Part shown: positions 15,369-24,576 of the stretch, one piece after another
How positions within the stretch are numbered: the stretch's first letter is position 1
Layout of the letters: each line of letters opens with the position of its first letter
Assembly (NCBI GenBank): GCA_039588275.1
Contig: JBDHAC010000070.1
Span: forward strand, 1 to 32,288
Reading direction: 5' to 3'
Length of the DNA: 32,288 bases
Source: Gemmatimonadota bacterium
Lineage (GTDB): Bacteria > Gemmatimonadota > Gemmatimonadetes > Palauibacterales > Palauibacteraceae
Notes under the pieces: generated by a model
Databases searched by the model: none
What the model saw: only the letters and a program-made list of their open reading frames with translations
What the model was told of the DNA's origin: nothing
Made by a program: the position numbers and the translations under genes

Positions 15369-17171
15369 AGAAGGTCGCCCGCGAAAAGAACGGGCTGCGA
15401 TATGAGTACATCCCGCACCCAAAGGGGCCAGGTGAAGGTGTATGCGCGAGTAAAGCGGCGGCTGGAGCAACACCTTGACTATGCGGATGTGGGCGCACAC
15501 GCCGTGATCGCGGCGTTCGTCGTTGTCACCTACGTGGCCCGCGCGTTCGGGCCCTGTCCCTCGGCGTACGCCACATTGCGCACCCAGCTGTGGAACTCGG
15601 TCGCGACTTCCTGCTGTTCGGCTTCCGTGTCGAGCAGGTGCACGATGGCGAGTTGACCGAGATCCCGGTTCGTGTGCTTAGCCGCGTGGACGGCGACAGC
15701 CTGCGTGTCGAAGTCCTCGAAGGCGACGAGTTCGAGGTCGCCGGCAGCCCCCACGTGATCGACCCACGGTGGCAGCCGCCGCTGCTCGACAAGATGTGGA
15801 GCAGAGCGGGGGTCGTGGCGCTCGTGCAAGGGGAGATTCCTCCCACGCCGGCCGAGGTGTATGCGCGAGTAAAGCGGCGGCTGGAGCAACACCTTGACTA
15901 TGCGGATGTGGGCGCACACGCCGTGATCGCGGCGTTCGTCGTTGTCACCTACGTGGCCCGCGCGTTCGCCATATCTCGGTCTTCTCGGTCCGAAGGGTAC
16001 AGGGAAGTCCGTCACGCTCGAGACAGTGGAGCGGCTCGCGCTCAATGCCTATAAGGGCCGGGTGACGGCGGCGGCGCTCGGGGACACGACTTCCGCGCAG
16101 CGGGGAACGGTGTTGATTGACCAAGCACACCGACTCCCCTACGAGCTCCTTGACCTCGTGGTGGACGGATACCGCCGCGACGGCGGACGTCGACGCGTAG
16201 TGGATTCGGACCATCGAGGGCAGCCCCACGAGTTCGAGACATTCGGTCCGAAGATCGTCGCCTCCGCGGAAGGGATCGACCCGGACCTCAAGGATCGGCT
16301 ATTCGTGATCCACACAGCCCCGAGCGCGCGGCCTGTGCAGCCCCTCCCCGCACGGGACGACGAGTTCAGGCAGCTCCGCAGTGACTTGTACACGATGATG
16401 CTGAGCCACTGGCCGCTGTTCACCGAGGCCGCTGGCCGCCTAGAGAACGGGGCGACGGTCCGTAACCGAGCCGACGAGCTTTGGGCACCACTCGAGGTGG
16501 TGCTCACGGTTTGCCAGGCCCCGGCCGAGGAGATGGAGGCGGCTCGTGCGCTCTACAAGCGGTCGCTCACGGAGACGCTCGCCGAGCTGGGCGATTGGGA
16601 GCTGGCCCTCCTGGATGAGTTGGACGAGCAGATCACCACGGAATCGGTTGAGCTGACCAACGATGCGCTGCTTACGGCCGTCCTGAGGCGGCTCGACCTG
16701 CCTGAGGACGCACCAAAACCAGGTCCGCGGTGGCTCGGGACTGCGCTGGACAAGCTGAACCTTCTCGACGGCAAGAAGCGGCGGCAGATAGATGGGAAGC
16801 GCATCCGCGTCTACGGCTTCAGCCGCGCTCGCGTGCGAGGCCAAGTCCAACGGTTTGGACTGCCCACCCAAGGTGACCGACCTCCCCCTGAGGGGTCGGG
16901 CAGCGATAAGGATAATGCCAACAACGATATACAGGGCGCTGCCCGACTGCCCGACCGTTCAGCTGGCGTCCAGAATGGGGGGTCCGCCGACCAAGTGCTG
17001 CTAGCGGAAGCCGCCGGCCCCGTCTGGGACCGGCTCTGGGAGCTCGAGCCCGAAGGAGATGGGCCGCTCATGCGGCAGTTCATAGCCGAGGTCCACAGCG
17101 GCGTCACGCTGGACGATTTGGTGCACTGGTGTGAGCGGCTGGGAATTGGCCGCGGGGGCGGGGCGGCGTGA
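15365..17171 (+). pseudogene. Disrupted DUF3631-like P-loop NTPase (replication/helicase-type)
   Basis: Walker A GPKGTGKS, Walker B-like VLIDQA, and GYRRDG, FGPKIVAS, DRLFVI, RADELWAPL. Interrupted by a 123-bp self-derived insertion (15437-15559) and an apparent 8-bp deletion after 15968. Repairing both gives one 563-aa ORF. Confidence 0.75.
15436..15968 (+). repeat. Exact 114-bp direct duplication (15436-15549 = 15855-15968)
   Basis: Base-by-base identity from AGGTGTATGCG to GCGCGTTCG, offset 419 bp. Confidence 0.95.
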
Positions 17172-17518
17172 ATCTCGACTCTCTCCAGGCCCTCGCATCC
17201 GAGTGGCGCGATGATGCCAAGACGCTTCGGGCGTATGGCGACGAACGCGGTGCAACCACCGCGGAATCACACGCGGCCCAGCTGGAGCGGACGCTGCAAC
17301 AGTGGGAGGAAGAGCCGCTGCCTATCGCTACCGCAGCAGCTGAGTCCGGATACTCCGCGTACCGCCTGCGCGAACTCGCACGGCAGGAGAAGATCCGCGC
17401 ACATCGCGAGGGAGGCGAGTGGAGGATCGTGCGCCGAGACCTACCCATCCGCCCCACACAGCCCGAACCAGACAGAATCGTTGTGGACCTGGCCGCGCGG
17501 ATCAATGCTGCCCGCTGA
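17168..17518 (+). CDS. Excisionase-like HTH protein
   Basis: LPIATAAAESGYSAYRLRELARQEKIRAHREGGEWRIVRRDL resembles MerR/Xis-type winged HTH. GTGA overlap with the upstream gene. Confidence 0.72.
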   Translation: MNLDSLQALASEWRDDAKTLRAYGDERGATTAESHAAQLERTLQQWEEEPLPIATAAAESGYSAYRLRELARQEKIRAHREGGEWRIVRRDLPIRPTQPEPDRIVVDLAARINAAR

Positions 17519-17521
17519 TGC

Positions 17522-17559
17522 TTGCCGCCTTATACGTACTTTTCCATATTGGAACAGTA
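17522..17559 (+). promoter_or_regulatory. Candidate promoter with palindromic operator before the XRE-integrase pair
   Basis: TTGCCG (17522), 17 nt, CATATT (17545), overlapped by the inverted repeat TACTTTTCC-ATATT-GGAACAGTA (17537-17559, 8/9 match). Confidence 0.55.
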
Positions 17560-17798
17560 TGGAGCACGAGCATCTGACGGAGGTCGTGGTCGGTGTCCTC
17601 TCGCGGTGGCCGTTCAGCCGACGTTCGTTGGCTCGCGAGGCTGGTGTGAGCCATACCCAGCTGAACCTGATCGTTGGCGGAGAGCTTGGGGCATCGCCAC
17701 GGCTCGCACGTGCGCTGCTGGACGCACTCGAGCGGAGAAGCGTGGATCTCGCCCGTGGCGCCGATGAACTCCGCCAGGCGCTGGACGAGCTGGAGTAA
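17559..17798 (+). CDS. XRE/Cro-like HTH regulator
   Basis: SRRSLAREAGVSHTQLNLIVGG HTH. ATG at 17559; the stop abuts the integrase RBS. Confidence 0.75.
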   Translation: MEHEHLTEVVVGVLSRWPFSRRSLAREAGVSHTQLNLIVGGELGASPRLARALLDALERRSVDLARGADELRQALDELE

Positions 17799-17809
17799 GG
17801 AGGCGAGCG

Positions 17810-19051
17810 ATGGCACGACGGAAGCCCTGGACGTGGAAATGTGGCCCGCACGGCGCACGGGTTGTTCTCCGCGAGCGGAGCTATGGCAGCAACGTGCAGG
17901 TCGGGGCTTTCGACCGGACGATCGGCGGCCGCCGGTGGCGCAGTCTCAAGTTCAAGGTGCGGGATGTGGACGGCCAACTGATCCCCGACGCTGTGTCCCG
18001 CGCGAAGGAAGCGGCGTTAGACCTGTCCACACATCTGATTCGCGGCGAGTCGGACCGGAACGAAGAGGTGACGCTCGGCGAGCTGATCGCCCTCTTCAAG
18101 CGTGATAGGGTACCTGCGATGCGCGGCCGGCACCGCCTCGAAACCGATCGCGAGCTGGAGCTGCTACGGCGTGTGCTCGGGTCCCAGATCCGAGTTCAAG
18201 AGATCGGGTCCAGGGAGTGGGATGTGATTCGGCACCTACGAGCAAGTGGCACCATAGACGGACGCGGCCAGCGGCTGTCGCCGGACGAACGCACGCCCAC
18301 AGCCGAGCGTACGGTCGCGAAGACCCTCAAGGCGCTGCGCCAGCTCTGCCGCTTCGGAACGACGTACCGGCGAAATGGACGACCGTTGCTCGCGTTCGAC
18401 CCAACGGCCGGTCTTCAGCTACCCGTGAACCCAGATCCCGGCGGGCCGGTCTGCACGGACGACGAGTACGGCCGTCTACTCGCCGCCAGCCAAGGTCATC
18501 AGATGCGCGTCGGGAACCGAAAGATGGTCCCGAGCTACCTGTCGACCCTACTTGTCCTGTGTGCGGAGACTGGGCGCCGCATCGGCGCCGTCGTCGCTCT
18601 GCGCTGGGAGGACTGGCTACCGAATGAAGGGTCGCACGGCATGCTCCGCTGGCGTGCGGATAGCGACAAGCTTCGGCGTCGGGCGGTCACGCCGGTCACA
18701 CCAGAGGTGCGCGAGGCCCTAGAGCGGCTCCGTCGGACCCATCCAAACTTCCATGACTGGATGTTCCCCGCACCCAACAGCAACGGTCACATATCGGTCG
18801 CTCTTGTCAGCCGGTGGTTTCGCGGCTGTGAGAAACTGGCTGGACTCGAACACGAGCCGGGCTTCGGATACCACTCTTTGCGAAGGGCCTTCGCTACCAA
18901 GCGGAAGGCGCTGCCCGTACAGGATGTCGCGGCGCTTGGAGGCTGGAAAGGGACGCAGGTGTTGATGAACCTCTACCAGCGCGCGGACGTCGACGCGATG
19001 GAGAAAGTGCTGCTCGAGGGCCAGAAGGTGGAGCTGCGGGTCGTCAGGTGA
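17810..19051 (+). CDS. Tyrosine recombinase/integrase
   Basis: Catalytic residues in order: ETGRRIG (R), DSDK (K), HSLRR (HxxR), LGGW, NLYQ (Y). RBS AAGGAGG. Ends 94 bp from the tRNA-Lys 3' end. Confidence 0.93.
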   Translation: MARRKPWTWKCGPHGARVVLRERSYGSNVQVGAFDRTIGGRRWRSLKFKVRDVDGQLIPDAVSRAKEAALDLSTHLIRGESDRNEEVTLGELIALFKRDRVPAMRGRHRLETDRELELLRRVLGSQIRVQEIGSREWDVIRHLRASGTIDGRGQRLSPDERTPTAERTVAKTLKALRQLCRFGTTYRRNGRPLLAFDPTAGLQLPVNPDPGGPVCTDDEYGRLLAASQGHQMRVGNRKMVPSYLSTLLVLCAETGRRIGAVVALRWEDWLPNEGSHGMLRWRADSDKLRRRAVTPVTPEVREALERLRRTHPNFHDWMFPAPNSNGHISVALVSRWFRGCEKLAGLEHEPGFGYHSLRRAFATKRKALPVQDVAALGGWKGTQVLMNLYQRADVDAMEKVLLEGQKVELRVVR

Positions 19052-19145
19052 GGGGGATGATTCTGGTACCTAAACTGGAGCACCGAACGCAAACCGAAGC
19101 CGAGGGCGTGCGCATAAGGCGCACTAGCGCAGTGAGTTATGTGAG

Positions 19146-19218
19146 TGCGCCGCCAGGGAATCGAACCCCGAACCTACGGATTAAGAGTCCGTTGCTCTGC
19201 CAATTGAGCTAGCGGCGC
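19146..19218 (-). tRNA. tRNA-Lys(CTT)
   Basis: GCGCCGC acceptor stem, anticodon loop CTCTTAA, GGTTCGATTCC T-arm. Confidence 0.96.
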
Positions 19219-19336
19219 GAAGCTCGAGGCCGAGCGACCGGCGCGGTCTGGAAGCGCCCGAAGGCAACTCCCTGCGGTCCAATCTCGACCTCGAGCCAAA
19301 GCATGTATCGCTGAAGAGCTCCGACGACCAGCGAAG

Positions 19337-19409
19337 TGGAGCCGAGGGGAGTCGAACCCCTGACCTCTGCAATGCCATTGCAGCGCTCTCCCAACTGAGC
19401 TACGGCCCC
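19337..19409 (-). tRNA. tRNA-Ala(GGC)
   Basis: GGGGCCG/CGGCTCC acceptor with G3:U70, anticodon loop ATGGCAT. Confidence 0.96.
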
Positions 19410-19487
19410 GTGTTGTCAAAACCGCTGGAAAGCGGCCTCCCAAACTACCGCCTCCCACGGCTACCCGGCAGCTTGACTGCCGCCTCA

Positions 19488-19559
19488 CGCCCCCAAGGGG
19501 AATCGAACCCCTATCTCCACCTTGAAAGAGTGGTGTCCTAGCCGTTGGACGATGGGGGC
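19488..19559 (-). tRNA. tRNA-Glu(TTC)
   Basis: GCCCCCA/TGGGGGC acceptor, anticodon loop CTTTCAA. Confidence 0.95.
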
Positions 19560-19601
19560 CAACGGACTCGGCGCGCTCGGTAGCGAGCGCACCCTCGACC
19601 A

Positions 19602-19676
19602 CGCGCCCGGCAGGATTCGAACCTGCGACCCTCGGCTTAGAAGGCCGATGCTCTATCCAGGCTGAGCTACGGGCGC
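19602..19676 (-). tRNA. tRNA-Arg(TCT)
   Basis: GCGCCCG/CGGGCGC acceptor, anticodon loop CTTCTAA. Confidence 0.95.
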
Positions 19677-19724
19677 TTGCCACCCACCGCTTGGCAGGTC
19701 GCTGGACAACTCCACCGCCTGCAG

Positions 19725-19796
<72 letters not shown>

Positions 19797-19823
19797 CGAG
19801 CCGCGTCACACACGCTTCGGATA

Positions 19824-19896
19824 CAGGGGCGGAGGGACTCGAACCCCCAACCGCCGGTTTTGGAGACCGGTGCTCTGCCAGTTGAGCTACGCCCCT
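19824..19896 (-). tRNA. tRNA-Trp(CCA)
   Basis: AGGGGCG/CGCCCCT acceptor, anticodon loop CTCCAAA. Confidence 0.95.
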
Positions 19897-19947
19897 AGAA
19901 TGCCCTCGGCATCCCTGCGGGCCGCCCCGGCGGCCCGTTGTATCCCA

Positions 19948-20020
19948 TGGCTGGGGACGGAATCGAACCGCCGACACCCGCGTTTTCAGCGCGGTGCTCT
20001 ACCAACTGAGCTACCCAGCC
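19948..20020 (-). tRNA. tRNA-Phe(GAA)
   Basis: GGCTGGG/CCCAGCC acceptor, anticodon loop CTGAAAA. Confidence 0.95.
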
Positions 20021-20026
20021 AAGAAG

Positions 20027-20099
20027 CTCCGGGGGTGGGATTCGAACCCACGACCTAGTGGTTAACAGCCACCCGCTCTGGCCACTGAGCTACCCCGGA
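20027..20099 (-). tRNA. tRNA-Asn(GTT)
   Basis: TCCGGGG/CCCCGGA acceptor, anticodon loop CTGTTAA. Confidence 0.95.
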
Positions 20100-20205
20100 C
20101 CGTCCGGCCGAGCCTCTCGAGCCCGGCCGCCCGCCACACTCTCGGACCCGCGTGGAGAGCAAAACGCCCCGCCAAGCAGTGCGAGCCAGGCGAGGCGTCT
20201 TTCGA

Positions 20206-20279
<74 letters not shown>

Positions 20280-20290
20280 ATGCGGTCGCT

Positions 20291-20319
20291 AGGATACCCA
20301 AGACGCCCGGTAATGTCAA
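20291..20319 (-). promoter_or_regulatory. Sigma70 promoter of the tRNA operon
   Basis: Minus strand TTGACA, 17 nt, TATCCT, then a GC-rich discriminator. Lies 11 nt before tRNA-fMet. Confidence 0.85.
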
Positions 20320-20433
20320 CCCAAAACCGGGCCTTTTGGACCCCTTTCAACACCCGCTTGCGGCGTCTCGGATAGCGCCTCACGCGTGGTTGTACGCTTG
20401 CCCCTGCCGTCTGATCCCGCCTAAGGTTTCGCC

Positions 20434-21834
20434 GTGTCCACACACCCACTCGCTCTACCCGACTCGCTGCTCGAGCGCCTCCGGGATCTCCTCGGCCCGA
20501 GCGCCGTGATCGCGGACCCGGAACGTCTCGTCGCGTACGAATCCGACGCGCTCACGTACCTGCGCGGGACGCCGATCGCGGCCCTGCTGCCCGACTCGCG
20601 AGAGGGCGTTCGTGCCGCGGTCGAATCTCTCTACGAGGCGGAGATACCGTTCGTGCCACGCGGCTCCGGCACCGGCATCTCGGGAGGGGCCGTGGCGGAC
20701 GGTGCCGTGCTGATCTCCACCGCGCGCATGCGCCGGATTCTCGCGATCGACGTAGCGAATCGGTGCGCGACGGTCGAGCCCGGCGTCGTTACGGGGTCGA
20801 TCTCCGAGGCCGCCGCTCCCCACGGGCTGCGCTATCTCCCGGATCCCGCGAGCGCAGCGGCGTGCACGATCGGCGGCAATGTGGCGCAGAACGCGGGTGG
20901 GCCGCACTGCCTGAAGCACGGCGTGACGTCGGATCACGTGCTCGCGCTGGAGGTCGTGCGGCCCGACGGCAGCCTGCTGGATCTGGATCGCGGAGAGGAC
21001 GGAGGTCTCGATCTCGGGGGGCTTTACATCGGTTCCGAAGGGACACTCGGGATCGTGACCCGCATCACGGTCCGTCTCGAGCCCACCGTCCCCGAGATGC
21101 GTACGGCGCTGGCCCTCTTCCCGAGCATGGATACGGCCGGTTGGGCGGTGAGCGAGGTGCTGGCGTCCGGCGTGATGCCCGTCGCGATCGAGATGCTCGA
21201 CCAGGGCACGATCCGGATCGTCGAGGAGTCTCCGTTCGCGGCTGGCTTGCCCACCGACGCGGGAGCCGCGTTGATCATCGAGGTCGAGGGCGAGGCGGAA
21301 GAGGTGGACCGGGGAATCGCACGCGCGGCCGAGGTCGCGAAGCGGAGCGGCGCCACCGAGGTCCGCGTCGCGGGTGATGAGGAAGAGCGGGCGCGTCTGT
21401 GGAAGGCCCGCAAGAACGCGTACGGCGCGCTCGGACGGCGGGCGCCCGAGGTCCTCATTCAAGACGCGGTCGTTCCCCGCACGCGAATCGCCCCCGTGCT
21501 CGAGCGAATTGACAAGATCGCGCGTGCGCACGGGCTCGAGAACGTGAACTACTTCCACGCGGGTGACGGGAATCTGCACCCGCACTTGCTGTTCGATCCG
21601 CGTGACCCCGATCAAGTCGCACGCGTGAAGCGGGCGAGCGAGGAAATCATGCGGGTGTGTGTGGAGGCGGGAGGTACGATCAGCGGGGAGCACGGGGTCG
21701 GCCTCGACAAGCGCGAGGCCATGCGGCTCGTGTTCGACGATGCGGAGTTGAGCGCGATGCGCCAGTTGAAGAACGCGCTCGACCCAGCCGGGCTCTGCAA
21801 CCCCGGCAAGATGTTCCCGGCTGAGGAGACCTGA
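20434..21834 (+). CDS. glcD: FAD-linked oxidase, glycolate oxidase subunit GlcD-like
   Basis: PRGSGTGISGG, PDPAS...CTIGGNVAQNAGGPHCLKHGVT, GSEGTLG, HAGDGNLHP, ISGEHGVG, NPGK. Confidence 0.88.
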   Translation: MSTHPLALPDSLLERLRDLLGPSAVIADPERLVAYESDALTYLRGTPIAALLPDSREGVRAAVESLYEAEIPFVPRGSGTGISGGAVADGAVLISTARMRRILAIDVANRCATVEPGVVTGSISEAAAPHGLRYLPDPASAAACTIGGNVAQNAGGPHCLKHGVTSDHVLALEVVRPDGSLLDLDRGEDGGLDLGGLYIGSEGTLGIVTRITVRLEPTVPEMRTALALFPSMDTAGWAVSEVLASGVMPVAIEMLDQGTIRIVEESPFAAGLPTDAGAALIIEVEGEAEEVDRGIARAAEVAKRSGATEVRVAGDEEERARLWKARKNAYGALGRRAPEVLIQDAVVPRTRIAPVLERIDKIARAHGLENVNYFHAGDGNLHPHLLFDPRDPDQVARVKRASEEIMRVCVEAGGTISGEHGVGLDKREAMRLVFDDAELSAMRQLKNALDPAGLCNPGKMFPAEET

Positions 21835-21840
21835 CGCCCC

Positions 21841-22119
21841 ATGGCGAGGTACCGACGAAGGGACTCGTTCGAAAGCCGGGTGAGCGACGCCGTGGAGGTC
21901 AAGGGACGCACGTTCACCGCCGATCTGATCGCCAAGCACGCGACGGGCGTGGCCGGTTACAGGGTGACCCTCGCCTTCTTCGAGCTCGACGGACCCCACA
22001 ACGCGATCGTGCAATTGCCGCCGGCCATCTCACGGGCCGAAGTCCAGGCTCGGGCTGACTCGTTGCGCGCCGACCCCGCCGCGCTGGCCCGGCTCCTGGC
22101 CGAGCGGCTACAGGACTAG
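21841..22119 (+). CDS. Hypothetical protein
   Basis: Fills the gap between glcD and glcE, co-oriented, with high-GC3 codon usage. Confidence 0.65.
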   Translation: MARYRRRDSFESRVSDAVEVKGRTFTADLIAKHATGVAGYRVTLAFFELDGPHNAIVQLPPAISRAEVQARADSLRADPAALARLLAERLQD

Positions 22120-22145
22120 GACGGGCCGGGGATGGAGTCCACGGC

Positions 22146-23330
22146 ATGACGTGGATCGCCCCCGTATCGGAGGCGGAGCTGCGCGAATCGCTGGCGGACG
22201 CCGGCGCGGGATCCGGACCAGGCGCGGAGACGGTTCGCGTTCCCACCGGCGGGGGCGACCCTCCGCGCGACGCCCCCGTGGGAGACATCGACGTGATCTC
22301 GCTCGAAGCGCCCTCGTTCGCGCACATCGTGGAGTACGAACCGAAGGATCTCACGATCACCGTCGGAGCGGGTATGCGCCTCGCCGCGCTCCAGAAGACC
22401 CTGGGGTCGGAAGGCCAGTGGCTCCCGCCGGGAGCGTGGGGTCGAGCCCGGTCGGTCGGCGGGTTGGTCGGAGCCGGCACGCCCGGCCCGTTTGACACGG
22501 CCTTCGGCTCGGTTCGCAGGCACGTACTCGCCGTGCGAACGATCGCCTGGGACGGACGCCCGCTGACCTGGGGGCGGGCCGTCGTCAAGAACGTGGCAGG
22601 GTACGACTTGAAAGGCCTGTGGTGCGGGAGCCGTGGCCGTTTGGGTGTCGTGACGCAGGCTTCCCTGCGCGTGTGGCCGCAGCCCGAGGGCCGAGAGTGG
22701 CTGGAAGTCCGGGGATCGTCTGACGGGTGGACCCTCCTCGAGTCGCTCGCGGCGATGGAGCCCGAGGAGGATTTCCGGCCCGATGCGGTGCTGTGGAGCG
22801 GTGCGAGGTCGGCCCGGGGCGCGTACGCGCTCATCGGTCTGCTGGGCTCGGAGGCGAGCGTTCGCTCGCGCGGTACGCGCGCCCGGGAGTGGGTCGCGAG
22901 TCACGGGTACGAGGTCAGTGAGAGGGCGGGTGCTGCGACCCTCACGGGTCCTCTCGCGTCGCTCGAGTCCGGGACCCGCTCGCTCACCGAGGTCACTTTC
23001 AGCATCCATGGCACCAGGGCGAATCTCGCCGACGTGGGCCGGCGACTGGCTCGCGCCCTGGCCGACACGCCCGGTGCGCTCGACGCTCTCCCCGAGCTCG
23101 GCATCGTCAGGGTATCGTACGTACGGCCGGATGACGTGGCCCGCGCCGCGGCCATCCGGGCCGCTCTGTTTCAAGCGGCGGGCAGTGCCCGAATCGCACT
23201 GGAGACCGGTGGTCCGGAGGAGCTGGCCGCGGGCGAGGCACGCCGAGAGGCGAGCGTCCGGGGCCTGGAGGAAGCAGTGCTGGAGGCGCTGGGTGGCGCG
23301 CCGAGACACTGGCTCGCGGACCACGTGTAG
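22146..23330 (+). CDS. glcE: FAD-binding oxidoreductase, GlcE-like
   Basis: IVEYEPKDLTITVGAG and GRAVVKNVAGYDL...GSRGRLGVVT. Confidence 0.8.
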   Translation: MTWIAPVSEAELRESLADAGAGSGPGAETVRVPTGGGDPPRDAPVGDIDVISLEAPSFAHIVEYEPKDLTITVGAGMRLAALQKTLGSEGQWLPPGAWGRARSVGGLVGAGTPGPFDTAFGSVRRHVLAVRTIAWDGRPLTWGRAVVKNVAGYDLKGLWCGSRGRLGVVTQASLRVWPQPEGREWLEVRGSSDGWTLLESLAAMEPEEDFRPDAVLWSGARSARGAYALIGLLGSEASVRSRGTRAREWVASHGYEVSERAGAATLTGPLASLESGTRSLTEVTFSIHGTRANLADVGRRLARALADTPGALDALPELGIVRVSYVRPDDVARAAAIRAALFQAAGSARIALETGGPEELAAGEARREASVRGLEEAVLEALGGAPRHWLADHV

Positions 23331-23367
23331 CCTCTTTTGTGGATCACTGGGGAAGGAAGAGGGTCGA

Positions 23368-23967
23368 GTGAAGATCTATACACGCGGCGGGGATGCGGGC
23401 CAGACGGGCCTGTTCGGCGGGGATCGGGTCGCGAAGGACGACCCGCGCGTACAGGCGTACGGCGCGGTCGACGAGCTGAACGCGGCTCTCGGCCTCGTGA
23501 TCGCGCTCGACGAGAGCGGAATCCTGGAGCGCCCGGCGCTCCTCGCGCTGCAGGAGGACATGTTCGCGATCGGGGCACGGCTCGCCGCCGCCGACCCTGA
23601 GCGGGCGTTGCGCAAAGGCACGATTCCCCAGCTCGCCGTCGCTCGCATCACGGTGCTGGAGGGCTGGATCGATGAGCTGACCGAGGAGCTCCCGCCGCTC
23701 GACGCCTTCATCCTCCCCGGTGGGACTCCTCTAGCCGCGCAGCTTCACGTGGCGCGAACCGTTTGCCGCCGCGCCGAGCGGGCGATCGTCCCCCTCGCCG
23801 ACGCGCAGCCCGACCTCGCGGACGTCGTCCTTCCCTACATGAACCGGCTCTCCGACCTCCTCTTCACGCTGGCGCGGGCCGCGAACCACGGGGCCGGTGT
23901 GAGGGAGACGACGTGGCTCCCGCGACGCCGCGGCACCGGTGATGAAAGTGGCGGGGCGAATGAGTAG
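23368..23967 (+). CDS. PduO-type cob(I)alamin adenosyltransferase
   Basis: GTG start, then KIYTRGGDAGQTGL, YGAVDELNA, FILPGG, ARTVCRRAER and NRLSDLLF. Confidence 0.93.
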   Translation: MKIYTRGGDAGQTGLFGGDRVAKDDPRVQAYGAVDELNAALGLVIALDESGILERPALLALQEDMFAIGARLAAADPERALRKGTIPQLAVARITVLEGWIDELTEELPPLDAFILPGGTPLAAQLHVARTVCRRAERAIVPLADAQPDLADVVLPYMNRLSDLLFTLARAANHGAGVRETTWLPRRRGTGDESGGANE

Positions 23968-24006
23968 AGACGCATACCGGCGCCGTCTTCGACAGGAGCT
24001 GATGAG

Positions 24007-24576
24007 ATGAGGCAGGGATCCCGCTTCAACCGTCGCGTCCGAGTCCCGGCACCCGCCGTTCTCGCGCTCGCGCTGACCCTCGGCCCGTGGGCCACGGCGT
24101 GCCGCATCGAGAGGGCCACCGCTCCAGGCGCGGAAGATCAGGGCGCGGACTTCGAAGCGCGGGTCGAGGAGATCCTGCGGCTTTCCGCGGAAGCCTGGAA
24201 CGCGGGTGATCTCGAGGGCTTCATGGTGCACTACGAGCGCGCGCCCACCACCACGTACATCGGGAGCGCGGGTCTGCGGGTCGGCTACGACTCGATCCAC
24301 GCACGCTTTGCACCCGACTTCGAGCCCCGCGCGGCTCGTGACTCGCTGCGCTTCGAGTCGATTCGAACACGTCTTCTCGAGCAGCGTTTCGGGGTCGCGA
24401 CCGCACGCTACGTCCTGCACAGCGACGGCGTGACGACGTCGACGGGACCGTTCACGCTCGTGCTGATGCGAGTCGAGGGCGCGTGGAAGATCATCCACGA
24501 CCAGAGCGCCGCCGATCCGCGGCCGGAGCCTGAGCCGGAGGAGAACGACGAAGGAGGGTCGGCCGGGGCCGCATGA
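24007..24576 (+). CDS. NTF2-like (DUF4440/YybH) protein, probable lipoprotein
   Basis: AWNAGDLEGFMVHY...FTLVLMRVEGAWKIIHDQS, with a signal peptide ending ATAC. Confidence 0.8.
   Translation: MRQGSRFNRRVRVPAPAVLALALTLGPWATACRIERATAPGAEDQGADFEARVEEILRLSAEAWNAGDLEGFMVHYERAPTTTYIGSAGLRVGYDSIHARFAPDFEPRAARDSLRFESIRTRLLEQRFGVATARYVLHSDGVTTSTGPFTLVLMRVEGAWKIIHDQSAADPRPEPEPEENDEGGSAGAA

Larger units (their letters stand above)
13928..19145. mobile_element. Compact integrative (satellite-like) element adjacent to tRNA-Lys
   Basis: Tyrosine integrase next to the tRNA 3' end, plus an excisionase-like HTH, XRE, P-loop replication-type protein, RHH protein and one divergent gene. No capsid or conjugation genes. 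The left boundary is inferred. Confidence 0.72.

Noticed and set aside
15436..15968. 114-bp repeat pair as a diversity-generating retroelement TR/VR
   Set aside because: The copies are identical with no adenine-specific mismatches, and there is no reverse transcriptase in the window.
13966..19120. CATAAGGC at both ends of the integrative element (13966 and 19113) as att core
   Set aside because: It is only 8 bp with no extension, compatible with chance.
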